Assembly (NCBI GenBank): GCA_964016885.1
Contig: OZ024741.1
Coordinates: forward strand, 34,906,001 to 34,970,000
DNA from: Eledone cirrhosa
Lineage: Eukaryota
Direction: 5' to 3'
Length of the DNA stretch: 64,000 nucleotides
Shown: positions 10,984 through 22,171 of the stretch, one piece after another
Numbering within the stretch: position 1 is the first letter of the stretch
How the letters are laid out: each line of letters starts with the position of its first letter
Notes under the pieces: generated by a model
Told to the model about the DNA's origin: nothing
Database searches by the model: none
What the model saw: only the letters and a program-made list of their open reading frames with translations
Position numbers and translations under genes: made by a program

Positions 10984-11392
10984 TCATCATCATCATTTAA
11001 CGTCTATCTTCTACGCTTGCATGGGTTTGGACGGGAGATTTCCCACTTGAGGCAAGAGTGGTTGTCTTCCTCGCATAGGACTGTCTGGCGGCTTTTCTAC
11101 GGCTGGATGCCCTTCCTAACACCAACCACGTTTACAGTGTGGACTGGGAGGTTTTTACCGTGTTACCTACACGGCTACATTACAGCGTGGACTGTGTGTT
11201 TTTTTGTCGTGACACCTACATGACATAATTTGTTTCGGACTGGATGTTGTGGTACCAACATAACTTTACATTGGAAGGGGTGGTGTGGATGGGGTGGGGG
11301 TAGTGGGACGGGGGTGTATTTTTGTTAGAGGTGCCTACTGACTGTAGTAGGTTTCACTTTGTACTTAGGTAAGGCGGGTCTTCTGTATTACT
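10984..11392 (-). mobile_element. RTE family A 3' UTR fragment
   Basis: Matches 5331-5735. Confidence 0.9.
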
Positions 11393-11512
11393 GTGTATAT
11401 ATAAATAAATATATAAATAAATAAATATATAAATATAAATAAATATATATATAAATAAATAATAAATATATAAATAAATAATATATATATATATATAAAT
11501 AAATAATATATA

Positions 11513-11706
11513 TCATATCATCATTCATCATTTCATTTTACGTCCGCTTTTTCCCAACTTGCAAGGGTGGGATGGGAAATGGTTCTGGCTTGATTTCTAC
11601 AGCTGGATGCCCTTCCTAACACCAACCTCATTTACAGTGAGTGCTGGGTGCTTTTTTGCCATGGCACCTCCATGACCACTTTGCAGTGGGATGATAGGGA
11701 CCTCCA
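11513..11706 (-). mobile_element. SINE family S3, 3' half
   Basis: Reverse complement of about 10750-10934. Confidence 0.85.
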
Positions 11707-11786
11707 ATAAATAATATATATATATAAATAAATAATATATATATATATATAAATAAATAATATATATATAAATAAATATATAAATA

Positions 11787-11834
<48 letters not shown>

Positions 11835-11898
11835 CTACTGTACGTCTGTATACATATATGTATGTACGTATACATACTTTTATATAAATATACATATA

Positions 11899-12455
11899 TA
11901 TTGTTATACTTTGGGAGGGTCATGTTGCCAATAAGAAACACATGCACCAGTTGCTTTCACTTCAATTTATTATAAATTTAGGAATTTATAAATTTCCGGT
12001 TGATTGGTTGGTTCCACAACCAGACGATTGTTCATATATTGTCAAAGTTCTTTCGTTTAGACAAATCACAGAGGCAATAAACATAAATGAACTCCAACCA
12101 AAATTAAATAGAAAGCATGAATGGAATAGCAACATCACAACTTACAATTAAGGACAAAATGAAAACACACACACACATAGAACAAACAACCAATCAGTAA
12201 CATGTAAATAAACAAATATAAACACACACAGACACCTGGATGTAACACATGCGCAAACTAAGAACACAACACACACAAAAACAAGATGGCGTAGGAGAGG
12301 CAAAAAAACAAAGAAAATAATCCCCAGTCACTGAAGATGTCACAGATTGTGTGACGAAAGAACTTTGACAATATATGAACAATCGTCTGGTTGTGTAACC
12401 AACCAACCAACCGGAAATTTATAAATTAAATTTATAAATTCCTAAATTTATAAAT
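11899..12455 (+). mobile_element. very short PLE copy (same family as 51553-52902) with inverted 5' arm at 11899-12056
   Basis: 12057-12151 encodes FRQITEAININELQPKLNRKHEWNSNITTYN (compare the C-terminus of 51497-52489). The left arm is the reverse complement of the element's 3' end. Confidence 0.9.
12327..12369 (+). ncRNA. minimal type I hammerhead ribozyme (family H2)
   Basis: gtca-CTGAAGA-t gtcaca gattg tgtgac-GAAA-gaac-TT-tgac. A homolog is at 52694. Confidence 0.7.
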
Positions 12456-12550
12456 TTAATTTATAAATTTATAAATTTAATTTATAAATTTATAAATTTA
12501 ATTTATAAATTTATAAATTTAATTTATAAATTTATAAATTTAATTTATAA
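12445..12550. repeat. 21-bp AT-only minisatellite (ttataaatttataaatttaat)
   Basis: About 5 tandem copies read directly. Confidence 0.85.
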
Positions 12551-12703
12551 TAATTTTATTTAACTGCTGTTTCTAGTTGTCGATAACCCTATTCACGCCA
12601 CTGGGACGAAGCTGGTATGATGTGTGTATTTTTGGTAGATACAGCACGTGTTACTGGCCAGTCGCTGATTTGAACTTAATGCGTAAACACAGATCGCTGG
12701 ACT

Positions 12704-12798
12704 TCTTCCTTGTTGAAAATCCTAGTATCGGCCTCTGTCGATTATCATTCGATTAATAGGTGAAATATATTTCTTTAATGGAATATATACAGGGAAGA
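12704..12798 (+). ncRNA. full three-stem type I hammerhead ribozyme, U3-A8 core variant
   Basis: tcttccttg-TTGAAAA-t ccta...tagg t-GAAA-tatatttc tttaat ggaatata-TA-cagggaaga. Stem I has 9 bp, and stem III has 8 bp plus the A15.1-U16.1 pair. Confidence 0.85.
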
Positions 12799-13377
12799 TT
12801 AATCATATTATAAGGTATCTATTTTTGAAGTTCTAGTTAACTTTATTTAGTTACCTACCTAGCTATGTGTGCTTACACACTTGTAAAAATTATCCCCTGT
12901 GGTTGTTTCATATGTTTATTTATATGTTAATCAATTTCTAGTTGTTATATATACATATATATATATTTTTACATATATATCATCATCATCATCATCATCA
13001 TCATCAGGTTTAGCGTCCGTGTTCCACGCTTGCATGGGTTTGGACGGGGGTTTTCCCACTTGAGGCAAGAGTGGTTGTCTTGCTCGCATAGGACTGTCTG
13101 GCGGGTTTTCTACAGTTGGATGCCCTTCCTAACACCAACCACATTTACAGTGTGGGGCTGGGAGGTTTTTACCGTGTTGCCTACACGGCCACATTTACAG
13201 CGTGGACTGTGTGTTTTTTGTCGTGACACCTACACGATCTCATTTGTTTCGGCCTGGATGTTGTGGGACCAACATAACTTTACATTGAAAGGGGCGGTGT
13301 GGGTGGGGTGGGGTGGTGGGGTGGGGGTGTGTTTTGATAGAGGTGCCTACTGACTGTAGTAGGTTTTTACTTTGTAT

Positions 13378-16300
13378 TTAGGTAAGGCGGGTCTTCTCTA
13401 TTACTGAGTACCGCCAAAGGTCTCGGTCCAGTGACATTGTCTTGGAGAGGTGTAAGCGTGTGAGGTCGGAATTTATCAGCTCGTCCCATGTTTTTCTGGG
13501 TCTGCCTACTCCGTGGCTACCGTCTATCTTTATTGCCCTGCACTTTGTTATACAGCTGTCGTCTTTCATGCGCATCACGTGACCGTACCAACGTAGCCTT
13601 CTCTCGAGTAAACAACATCTGATCCCTCTTATTTCTAATTTTTTCTTAGTTCGTTTATGCTTTGCCGTTCACGTATATTACTATTGCACATCCAGCGGAG
13701 CATGCAAGCTTCGTTCCTCTCTAGTCTGCGTATATCCTCTGCACACAATGCCCAGGTCTCACTGCCATGCAGCATTGCTGTTCGTATGCAGGCATCGTAT
13801 AACCTGCCTTTCATTTTTAGGGAGAACCCTCTAGCGGCTAATAGTGGTATAAGCTCTCTGAACTTTTTCCATCCAGTTCTGACTCTAGCTACTGTACTTT
13901 CAGAGCACCCTCCCCCACTGCTGATTTTGTCACCCAGATAACGGAAGCTGTCCACTATTTCTATAGAACCCTCTGCGCAGTTGAAGGAGCTAGTATTTTG
14001 TGGGCACTTGCTGCTACTTATTGCACCAGAGCACCGGCCACATGTAAAATCTATGTTCTTAGTTAGCTTACCTGTGATCCCACTACATCTTTTATGCACC
14101 CATACTTTGCATTTGGGACATAAAATGGAGTTTCTACCTACGCCTTTCCTACACACTGAGCATGGCCATTTCCCCGATGGGACCGCCGCCTTATTTTCTT
14201 TCCTACAAACTAGAACTTTAGTCTTAGCCAGGTTAATTTTAAGGCCTTTTGATTCTAGGCCGTGCTTCCACGTTTGGAATTTCTTCTCTAGCTCGGCCAT
14301 TGATTCAGCTATGAGCGTTAGATCATCTGCGTATAGGAGTTCCCATGGGCAGCCGGTCTCCTCTGTTATAGCCTGAAGGGCAATAATAAATAGTAGGGGG
14401 CTAAGTACAGAGCCCTGATGGACACCAACTTTTACGCTAAACTCTTCACTATATTCGTTGTTAATTCTAACCTTACCGACTGTTTCTTTATACATGGCTT
14501 GTATAGCTCTCACAAGCCATTCGTCAACACCTAGTTTTCTAAGAGACCACCAGATAATGGAACGGGGGACTCTGTCGAAGGCTTTCTCCAAGTCGACAAA
14601 AGCTAAGTATAGGGGTTTACTTTTAGCTAGGTACTTCTCCTGTAGTTGTCGTACAATGAAAAGAGCGTCTGTGGTACTTTTGCCTGACACAAACCCGAAC
14701 TGCATTTCATCTAGATCAATTCTCTCTCTGATTAGTTGCGCTATTACTTTTTCCGTGACCTTCATGACCTGGTCGATTAATTTAATGCCTCTATAGTTAC
14801 TCCTATCTAGGGCATCTCCTTTTCCCTTATAGCAGTTAACGATGATGCTGCTACGCCATTCCTTCGGAACAACCCCATTCTGTACGACTTGGTTAACTAT
14901 CCGGGTGACCATGGTGTGTCCCACCGAACCAGATGCCTTCAGCATCTCAGCAACTATTTCCGAAGGCCCAGCCGCCTTACCCGTCTTCATATCTTTGATT
15001 GCCTTACTTATTATACTACCTTCAACTAACACTGCTGGTCCCTCTATTGGATCGATCTGGGGGAGACTGTCTTTCTCCCATTTGTTCTCCTCATTTAGAA
15101 GCCTTTCGTAGTGACACTTCCAAGCTACCTTCTTATCAGCGTCGGTGATGGCAAGTATGCCATCATCGTTAAGTACACACTTCTCCCCGACAATATCACG
15201 GTTTTCCTTGACACATTGCCTGGCAATCCTGAACAACTCACGTTTTTGGTCCTCACGTTGTAGAACATGCTTGAACTTTCTTTCCTCTGCTTCCCTTCTT
15301 GCGAAGTACACTTGTCTCCTAGCTTCCCTCCTGGCCACTTGATAGTCTTCTCTACTTCCCCCATCCCGCCATACTTTCCAAGCCTGCTTTTTGGCCTTAA
15401 TTGACTCCTCCACCTTACTGTTCCACCACCATGTTACTCTCCTCCTACCTACAGGCCTGCTCCAGCCACAGACTTCGTCTGCCGCCGTCAGCAGGTTTGC
15501 TCTCAGGAATTCCCACTGTTCCTCTATATTATACGACTCTAATTGCTCTTCCTTACTGTCGAAAGCGTCAAGTAATTTGCTTTGAAATTTATTTCTGGCT
15601 ATGGGGTCCTTTAGCTTCCATATTTTTCTCCTGAGGATAGTCCTCTTCCGCTGTCTAGTACGTCTCGTCCTGACTATGAGGTCGCTAATTATCAGTCTAT
15701 GTTGGGAGGTGAATTCTTCATGGGGGTGGGATTTAGTGTTAACAACAGACACTCTGTCACGTCTTCTGGTAAGGATATAATCTACCTGGCTTGTGTGTTC
15801 CCCCGATCTATAGGTGATCAAGTGATTGTCTCGTTTTTTGAAGTTAGTGTTACAGATAGTTAAGTTATTTGCGTCGTAGAATTCCAGGATTCTGGAGCCT
15901 TCCTCATTTCTAGTACCGAACCCATAGCCTCCATGGATTCCGTCATAGCCGTCACAATGTTGTCCAACGTGACCATTTAGGTCGCCTGCAATAACTATAT
16001 AGTCACTGTCGGTTATTTGGGAGGTAGCGAGCATCAGTGTCTCGTAGAATCTGTCTTTTATAGCGCGGGGCAGTCCGGATTGGGGTGCGTACGCAGATAT
16101 TACTGTCACCGTAGTTTTATTGAGGACAAGTCTTATTTTAATTATTCTGTCGTTCACTCTATTTACGTCTATTATCTTATCTGCCCACTTTTCTGCTACC
16201 ATGATTCCTACCCCACCCAACCCATTGTCATTTCCCACCCAGAAAAGCTTATAGCATCGCTCTTTACCCACGATGAATCTAGCCGACCCTCCCCTCCACC

Positions 16301-16391
16301 TGGTCTCTTGAATACAACAAACATCGACCTCCTTACGTTCAAGCATTTCTACAACCTCGTTAGAGCGACCCTTTAAGGTGCCTACATTCAT
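13378..16391 (-). CDS. RTE ORF: APE endonuclease + reverse transcriptase + PHD-like finger; one frameshift near 13640
   Basis: APE motifs IQETRW, SAYAPQ, GDLNGH, QVDY and SQH. RT motifs FVDLEKAFD, QGSVLSP and LYADD. The C-terminus continues in 13378-13578. Confidence 0.95.
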
Positions 16392-16756
16392 GGTACCAAC
16401 TCTGAAGTTTTGGATTGCGTTTGGAGGGTGGGAGCGGTGGGGCGCGGGGGGGGGGGGGGGGGGGATGGGGTTATGTTAGCCATCCTGGGCCGAAACAAGG
16501 AGGAGTGCTTGCATTCTCGTCCACGAGGTGAATTTGGCTTTATCTTTGGCATTGTCGCTGAGCGTCCACATTTTTCTCTCTTCAACTCTCCAGAATTCCG
16601 TAGTCCATCCATCATATCGAAAAGCAACCAGTTAAGCGATAGTATGGGCCTCTGACTTATGATTGGTCCACGTAATAATGGTGGTGCGTGGGGGCGAGAG
16701 GGAGGGATGATGGGTTTTTAGCGAGAATGTAAGGTTTAAGATAAGATCGCCGTATT

Positions 16757-17312
16757 TTGGGCATGATTTAACAATAAACGAAAATACAAGATTTGTTTTG
16801 TTTAAGAAAATACGGTAGAGAAAATGCGGTGATAGGGGAAATATGATTTTTAGAGAAAAGATATGATATAGAATGGTGAAAATATGATATAGTGTGAATT
16901 TAGGACATAGAAGTGATTGAATGAATGGGTTCGAATGGAGAGAAGAATCGAGAAAAAATTGGGCATAATTTAACAATAAACGAAAATACAAGATTTGTTT
17001 TGTTTAAGAAAATACGGTAGAGAAAATGCGGTGATAGGGGAAATATGATTTTTAGAGAAAAGATATGATATAGAATGGTGAAAATATGATATAGTGTGAA
17101 ATTAGGACATAGAAGTGATTGAATGAATGGGTTCGAATGGAGAGAAGAATCGAGAAAAAATTGGGCATAATTTAACAATAAACGAAAATACAAGATTTGT
17201 TTTGTTTAAGAAAATACGGTAGAGAAAATGCGGTGATAGGGGAAATATGATTTTTAGAGAAAAGATATGATATAGAATGGTGAAAATATGATATAGTGTG
17301 AAATTAGGACAT
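16757..17312 (-). repeat. 202-bp tandem repeat (~2.75 copies) at the RTE 5' end
   Basis: gggcat(a/g)atttaacaataaacg recurs at 16759, 16961 and 17163. Confidence 0.92.
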
Positions 17313-17440
17313 ATATATATATATATATACACATATATACATACATATATATATATATACATATATATACATACATATATATATATATACATACATATAT
17401 ATATATATACATATATATACATACATATATATATATACAT

Positions 17441-17770
17441 ATAACCACACGTATTGTTAACCAGGTAATACTAGAAGGTGTCATACCAAAAGATTGGTGC
17501 AGTAGCATCATTGTCAACTGCTACAAAGGTAAAGGTGATGCACTAGATAGAGGAAACTATAGAGGTATAAAGCTGATCATGAGGGACCAGGTCATGAAAG
17601 TAACAGAAAGAGTTATAGCACAGTTGATTAGGGACCGAGTGAAACTAGACGAGATGCAATTTGGGTTTGTACCAGGAAGAGGCACCACTGATGCCCTCTT
17701 CCTTGTCAGGCAGTTACAGGAAAAGTACCTAGCTAAAAGTAAGCCACTCTACCTGGCATTTGTCGACCTT
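17441..17770 (+). mobile_element. RTE family B internal RT fragment
   Basis: [36 protein letters not shown] matches the 39151-42024 ORF. Confidence 0.9.
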
Positions 17771-18773
17771 AAATATTTACTCTTGATTGGCCAGAGGTGT
17801 TTATTTCCAGGTACCTTATGAATTTGACTTTCCGTATTTATTACTGCTGTGAAATATTGTGGCTTTTTTTGGTTGTAACTTCTCTGTTTTTTAGCCTAGG
17901 AAAATATTTATATATATGCCTACGTATATAATTACATGCATATATGTATTTATTTTCTTTTATTGAGTTCTTTACACGAGGAATTAATATTGGTTTTGAA
18001 ATAACTAATTAACCCGCGTGTGTTTTATATTTTACTCTTAATAATTCGGCCGGAGAATTATATTCCCATTTGCCCTTTATAGCATAACTTTCTGCATTTA
18101 CTGCGGTTATGAGAAGCGGTTCTTATTCGGGTACAACTTCTGATTTAGCCTAAGAAAATATCTACATGCGTGTGTAATTTATACAAGCATATATTTATTT
18201 TTTTATTTTCAATTGAGTTCTTAAACATGTTGGATTGATAATGTTTTCAAAAAAACTAATTAACCCGCGTGTATATTATTTTTTTTTCCTCATTTCGCGG
18301 GTTGTCTCCCCTTCCCGCTTCGTGTCGCTATGTTACTTCCTCAGTGAAAAACTGCTGGAATTTCAAATTTGGCGGTCATTCAAGGAGGGAGAGAGTAACT
18401 TTACGGACATGATTTTTGACAGCGGTAAGAAATTGTTTTCTTATATCAATGTTTAATGGGCTTCCACTGATGATTTATAAGTACCCACCTAAATATATTC
18501 TTACATGAATATATATTAGGCTTCTACATAAACTGGAAACATTCTCCCAAACTTGTAGAAAACTTATAATGAAACAATTGTTTGGAAAGAAAGATCTAAT
18601 TTAACTTTAATTATATCTCATAAAATAATACAACTGGTTTTTCCACATTATACATATTGTTAGCACCCCAAACACTTAAATTGGGTTTATATTTTAATAT
18701 AACCTAATGTTTGTTGAGTGAGATGGTTACCAGTCAGAGTTTAGCTTTAAACTATCTCTGTTATTGTATTAAT

Positions 18774-18837
<64 letters not shown>

Positions 18838-18964
18838 TTTATATATATATATATATCGCCTGGCCGACTGAACTCACTCGATATGCACATTAGGCTGCTC
18901 AGCCGTTAATTTTCATAAGGAAAGTATATACTTTCGAACGTTCAACCATCTGGCAGAAGGGTAT

Positions 18965-19007
18965 ACGGTGCTGACGATAGCTAACAAGCTTGAAACTAGT
19001 ACATCGT
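18965..19007 (+). ncRNA. minimal type I hammerhead ribozyme (family H3), unit 1
   Basis: acggtg-CTGACGA-t agct aaca agct t-GAAA-ctag-TA-catcgt, with palindromic ACTAGT as stem-loop III. Confidence 0.9.
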
Positions 19008-19412
19008 TCCTGTGTTAGTGTTGAACAAAAAGGTGACGTGGTTGCCTGAACACTGTACGGCGTAAATCAGGCTGTCCGTTTGTTTACAAACGAACAAAGC
19101 GAACATTATAATAAATGTTCGTTAAACTGATATGTACATATATATATGTGTGCCTGTATGTATATATATATATATGCATGCTACTGTACGTCTGTATACA
19201 TATATGTATGTACGTATACATACATACTTACATTTAAGTAAGTACTGTACTAAGAGTGAGAAATGAGATTTCGTTTCATTCTATTCCATTTATCGTTTTC
19301 GGTGCGCCTGGCCGACTGAACTCACTCGATATGCAAATTAGGCTGCTCAGCCGTTAATTTTCATAAGGAAAGTATATACTTTCGAACGTTCAACCATCTG
19401 GCAGAAGGGTAT

Positions 19413-19455
19413 ACGGTGCTGACGATAGCTAACAAGCTTGAAACTAGTACATCGT
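19413..19455 (+). ncRNA. minimal type I hammerhead ribozyme (H3), unit 2
   Basis: Identical to 18965-19007. Confidence 0.9.
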
Positions 19456-19872
19456 TCCTGTGTCAGTGTTGAACAAAAAGGTGACGTGGTTGCCTGAACA
19501 CTATACGGCGTAAATCAGGCTGTCCGTTTGTTTACAAACGAAAACAAAGCAAACATTATAATAAATGTTCGTTAAACTGATACATACATATATATATGTG
19601 TGCCTGTATGTATATATATATATATATATATATATGCATGCTACTGTACGTCTGTATACATATATGCATGTACGTATACATACATACTTACATTTAAGTA
19701 AGTGCCGTACTAAGAGTGAGAAATGAAATTTCATTTCATTCTATTCCATTTATCGTTTTCGGTGCGCCTGGCCGACTGAACTCACTCGATATGCAAATTA
19801 GGCTGCTCAGCCGTTAATTTTCATAAGGAAAGTATATACTTTCGAACGTTCAACCATCTGGCAGAAGGGTAT

Positions 19873-19915
19873 ACAATGCTTACGATAGCTAACAAGCTTG
19901 AAACTAGTACATCGT
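19873..19915 (+). ncRNA. hammerhead (H3), unit 3, core mutated (CUUACGA) and probably inactive
   Basis: G5>U substitution and an altered stem I (acaatg). Confidence 0.75.
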
Positions 19916-20066
19916 TCCTGTGTCAGTGTTGAAAAAAAAGGTGACGTGGTTGCCTGAACACTGTACGGCGTAAATCAGGCTGTCCGTTTGTTTACAAACG
20001 AACAAAGCGAACATTATAATAAATGTTCGTTAAACTGATACGTACATATATATATATGTGTGCCTG

Positions 20067-20104
<38 letters not shown>

Positions 20105-20112
20105 CCTGTATG

Positions 20113-20172
<60 letters not shown>

Positions 20173-20298
20173 TGCTACTGTACGTCTGTATACATATATG
20201 TATGTACGTATACATACATACTTACATTTAAGTAAGTGCCGTACTAAGAGTGGGAAATGAAATTTCGTTTCATTCTATTCCATTTATATATAAAAATA

Positions 20299-20362
<64 letters not shown>

Positions 20363-20367
20363 TAAAT

Positions 20368-20458
<91 letters not shown>

Positions 20459-20552
20459 AATATATATATATAAATATATATATAAATATATATATATAAA
20501 TATATATATAAATATATATATATAAATATATATATATAAATATATATATATA

Positions 20553-20594
<42 letters not shown>

Positions 20595-20595
<1 letters not shown>

Positions 20596-21294
20596 CATCA
20601 TCATCATTTTACGTCCGCTCTTCCCTGCTCGCAAGGGTGGGACGGGTCTTATTCACCACAGCATCTCTGCACTCGTCACGGTCCTTCGTCATCTCCACCG
20701 TGAGCTTCAATGATCTGAGGTCTGTTCTCACCACCTCCGCCCATGTTTTTCGTGGTCTACCTCTACCACGTCTTCCTTCAACTGACATTTCCTGGCACTT
20801 CTTCACCCATCGGTCATCCTCCATGCGCATCACATGTCCATACCACCTCAATCTCCTCTTCCGTACACTACATTCTATCAGTCTCATACACAGTTTCTCT
20901 CTCAATACACTTATGCTGGGTCGTTCACGCACATTTACACTGCACATCCAACGGAGCATGCTTGCCTCATTTCTCTCCAGCCGTCGCATATCCTCTGCAG
21001 TTGCTGCCCATGTCTCACTACCATGCAGCATCGCGCTCCTCACACAGGCATCATACAACCGGCCTTTCGTACGCAGGGAGAAACCCTTCTTCATCAACAG
21101 AGGAAGCAGCTTCCTAAACTTCTTCCAACCCATCCTTATTCTAGATACTATGGCCTCGGAACACCCTCCTCCCATGCTAATCTGATCTCTTAGGTACCGG
21201 AAGCTATCCACCACTTCTATAGCGCCCTCCTGCATTTGAAAAATGTGTCTATCAATGCGACTTCTACTGTCTAATTTCCCTGTACATCTACTGC
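20595..21294 (-). mobile_element. RTE family C 3' fragment
   Basis: ORF 20609-21235 is nearly the same as 46531-47169, with an (ATG)n tail directly after the ORF. Confidence 0.95.
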
Positions 21295-21564
21295 ATATAT
21301 ATATATATATAAATATATATAAATAATTAAATATATATATATATATATATAAATATATATATATAAATATATATATATATAGTTAGAGAAGCAACAAATT
21401 GCTTATTGTGATCCAGTTCTTGGTTAATAAAGCCAGTTTCATGGATGGTTATAACGTACGGTTAGGGGTAACTCCACAAGTTTATAAGAATTCCGTTCAA
21501 TCTTGGAGTATAAAGTATAAAAGAGAAAACACAGGTAAGCATTAAGAGAAGGATTTTATCCAGG

Positions 21565-21666
21565 TATTTACGACCGTTTCATTGGTAAGTGCAACCTTAT
21601 ATTGCTATACTGAAAATAGCAGCCACTCAATTATAATTGTTGTTCACAGTCCAAATTTTCAAAATA
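21565..21666 (-). ncRNA. type I hammerhead ribozyme, U3-A8 core variant, within an unclassified repeat (about 21382-21820)
   Basis: Minus strand: tatt-TTGAAAA-t ttgg...ccaa t-GAAA-cggtcg-TA-aata. Confidence 0.65.
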
Positions 21667-21819
21667 GTGAGTTACTCTTGAAATAATTCTTAATATATAG
21701 AGAAAAACATTTATTTGGAATTGTATTTACTAGTATAGAGAGAGAGGAATCAGAAGGTGAGGGGACAGATGGAATAGTATAGAGAGAGAGGAAGGGGGAA
21801 GAGGTAGGAAGTAGAGTGA

Positions 21820-21820
21820 C

Positions 21821-21897
<77 letters not shown>

Positions 21898-21938
21898 CAT
21901 ATATATATATATACATATATATATACATATATATATAC

Positions 21939-21995
<57 letters not shown>

Positions 21996-22001
21996 AATAC
22001 A

Positions 22002-22053
<52 letters not shown>

Positions 22054-22150
22054 CATATATATATATACATATATATATATACATATATATATATACATAT
22101 ATATATATATACATATATATATATACATATATATATATATACATATATAT
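21820..22150. repeat. (TA)n microsatellite with CA interruptions
   Basis: Read directly. Confidence 0.95.
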
Positions 22151-22171
22151 TCTCTCTCTCTATATATATAT

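Larger units (their letters stand above)
12981..17312 (-). mobile_element. RTE-clade LINE family A, near full length
   Basis: Contains 5' UTR repeats, a short upstream ORF, an APE+RT ORF, a 3' UTR and an (ATG)n tail. Confidence 0.97.
18857..20287 (+). mobile_element. tandem array of three 448-520 bp HHR-containing units (non-LTR retrozyme-like)
   Basis: Units start cgcctggccgactg at 18857, 19305 and 19765. They are non-coding, and each carries one HHR. Confidence 0.9.

Noticed and set aside
17770-18780. Unassigned sequence with a ~250-bp-period partial repeat (aactaattaacccgcgtg); possible second host exon
   Set aside because: No coding signal, splice-bounded frame or ribozyme core found by eye.
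18857-20287. CRISPR-like or ordinary satellite interpretation
   Set aside because: No unique spacers and the context is eukaryotic. The HHRs and a dispersed copy fit a retrozyme better.
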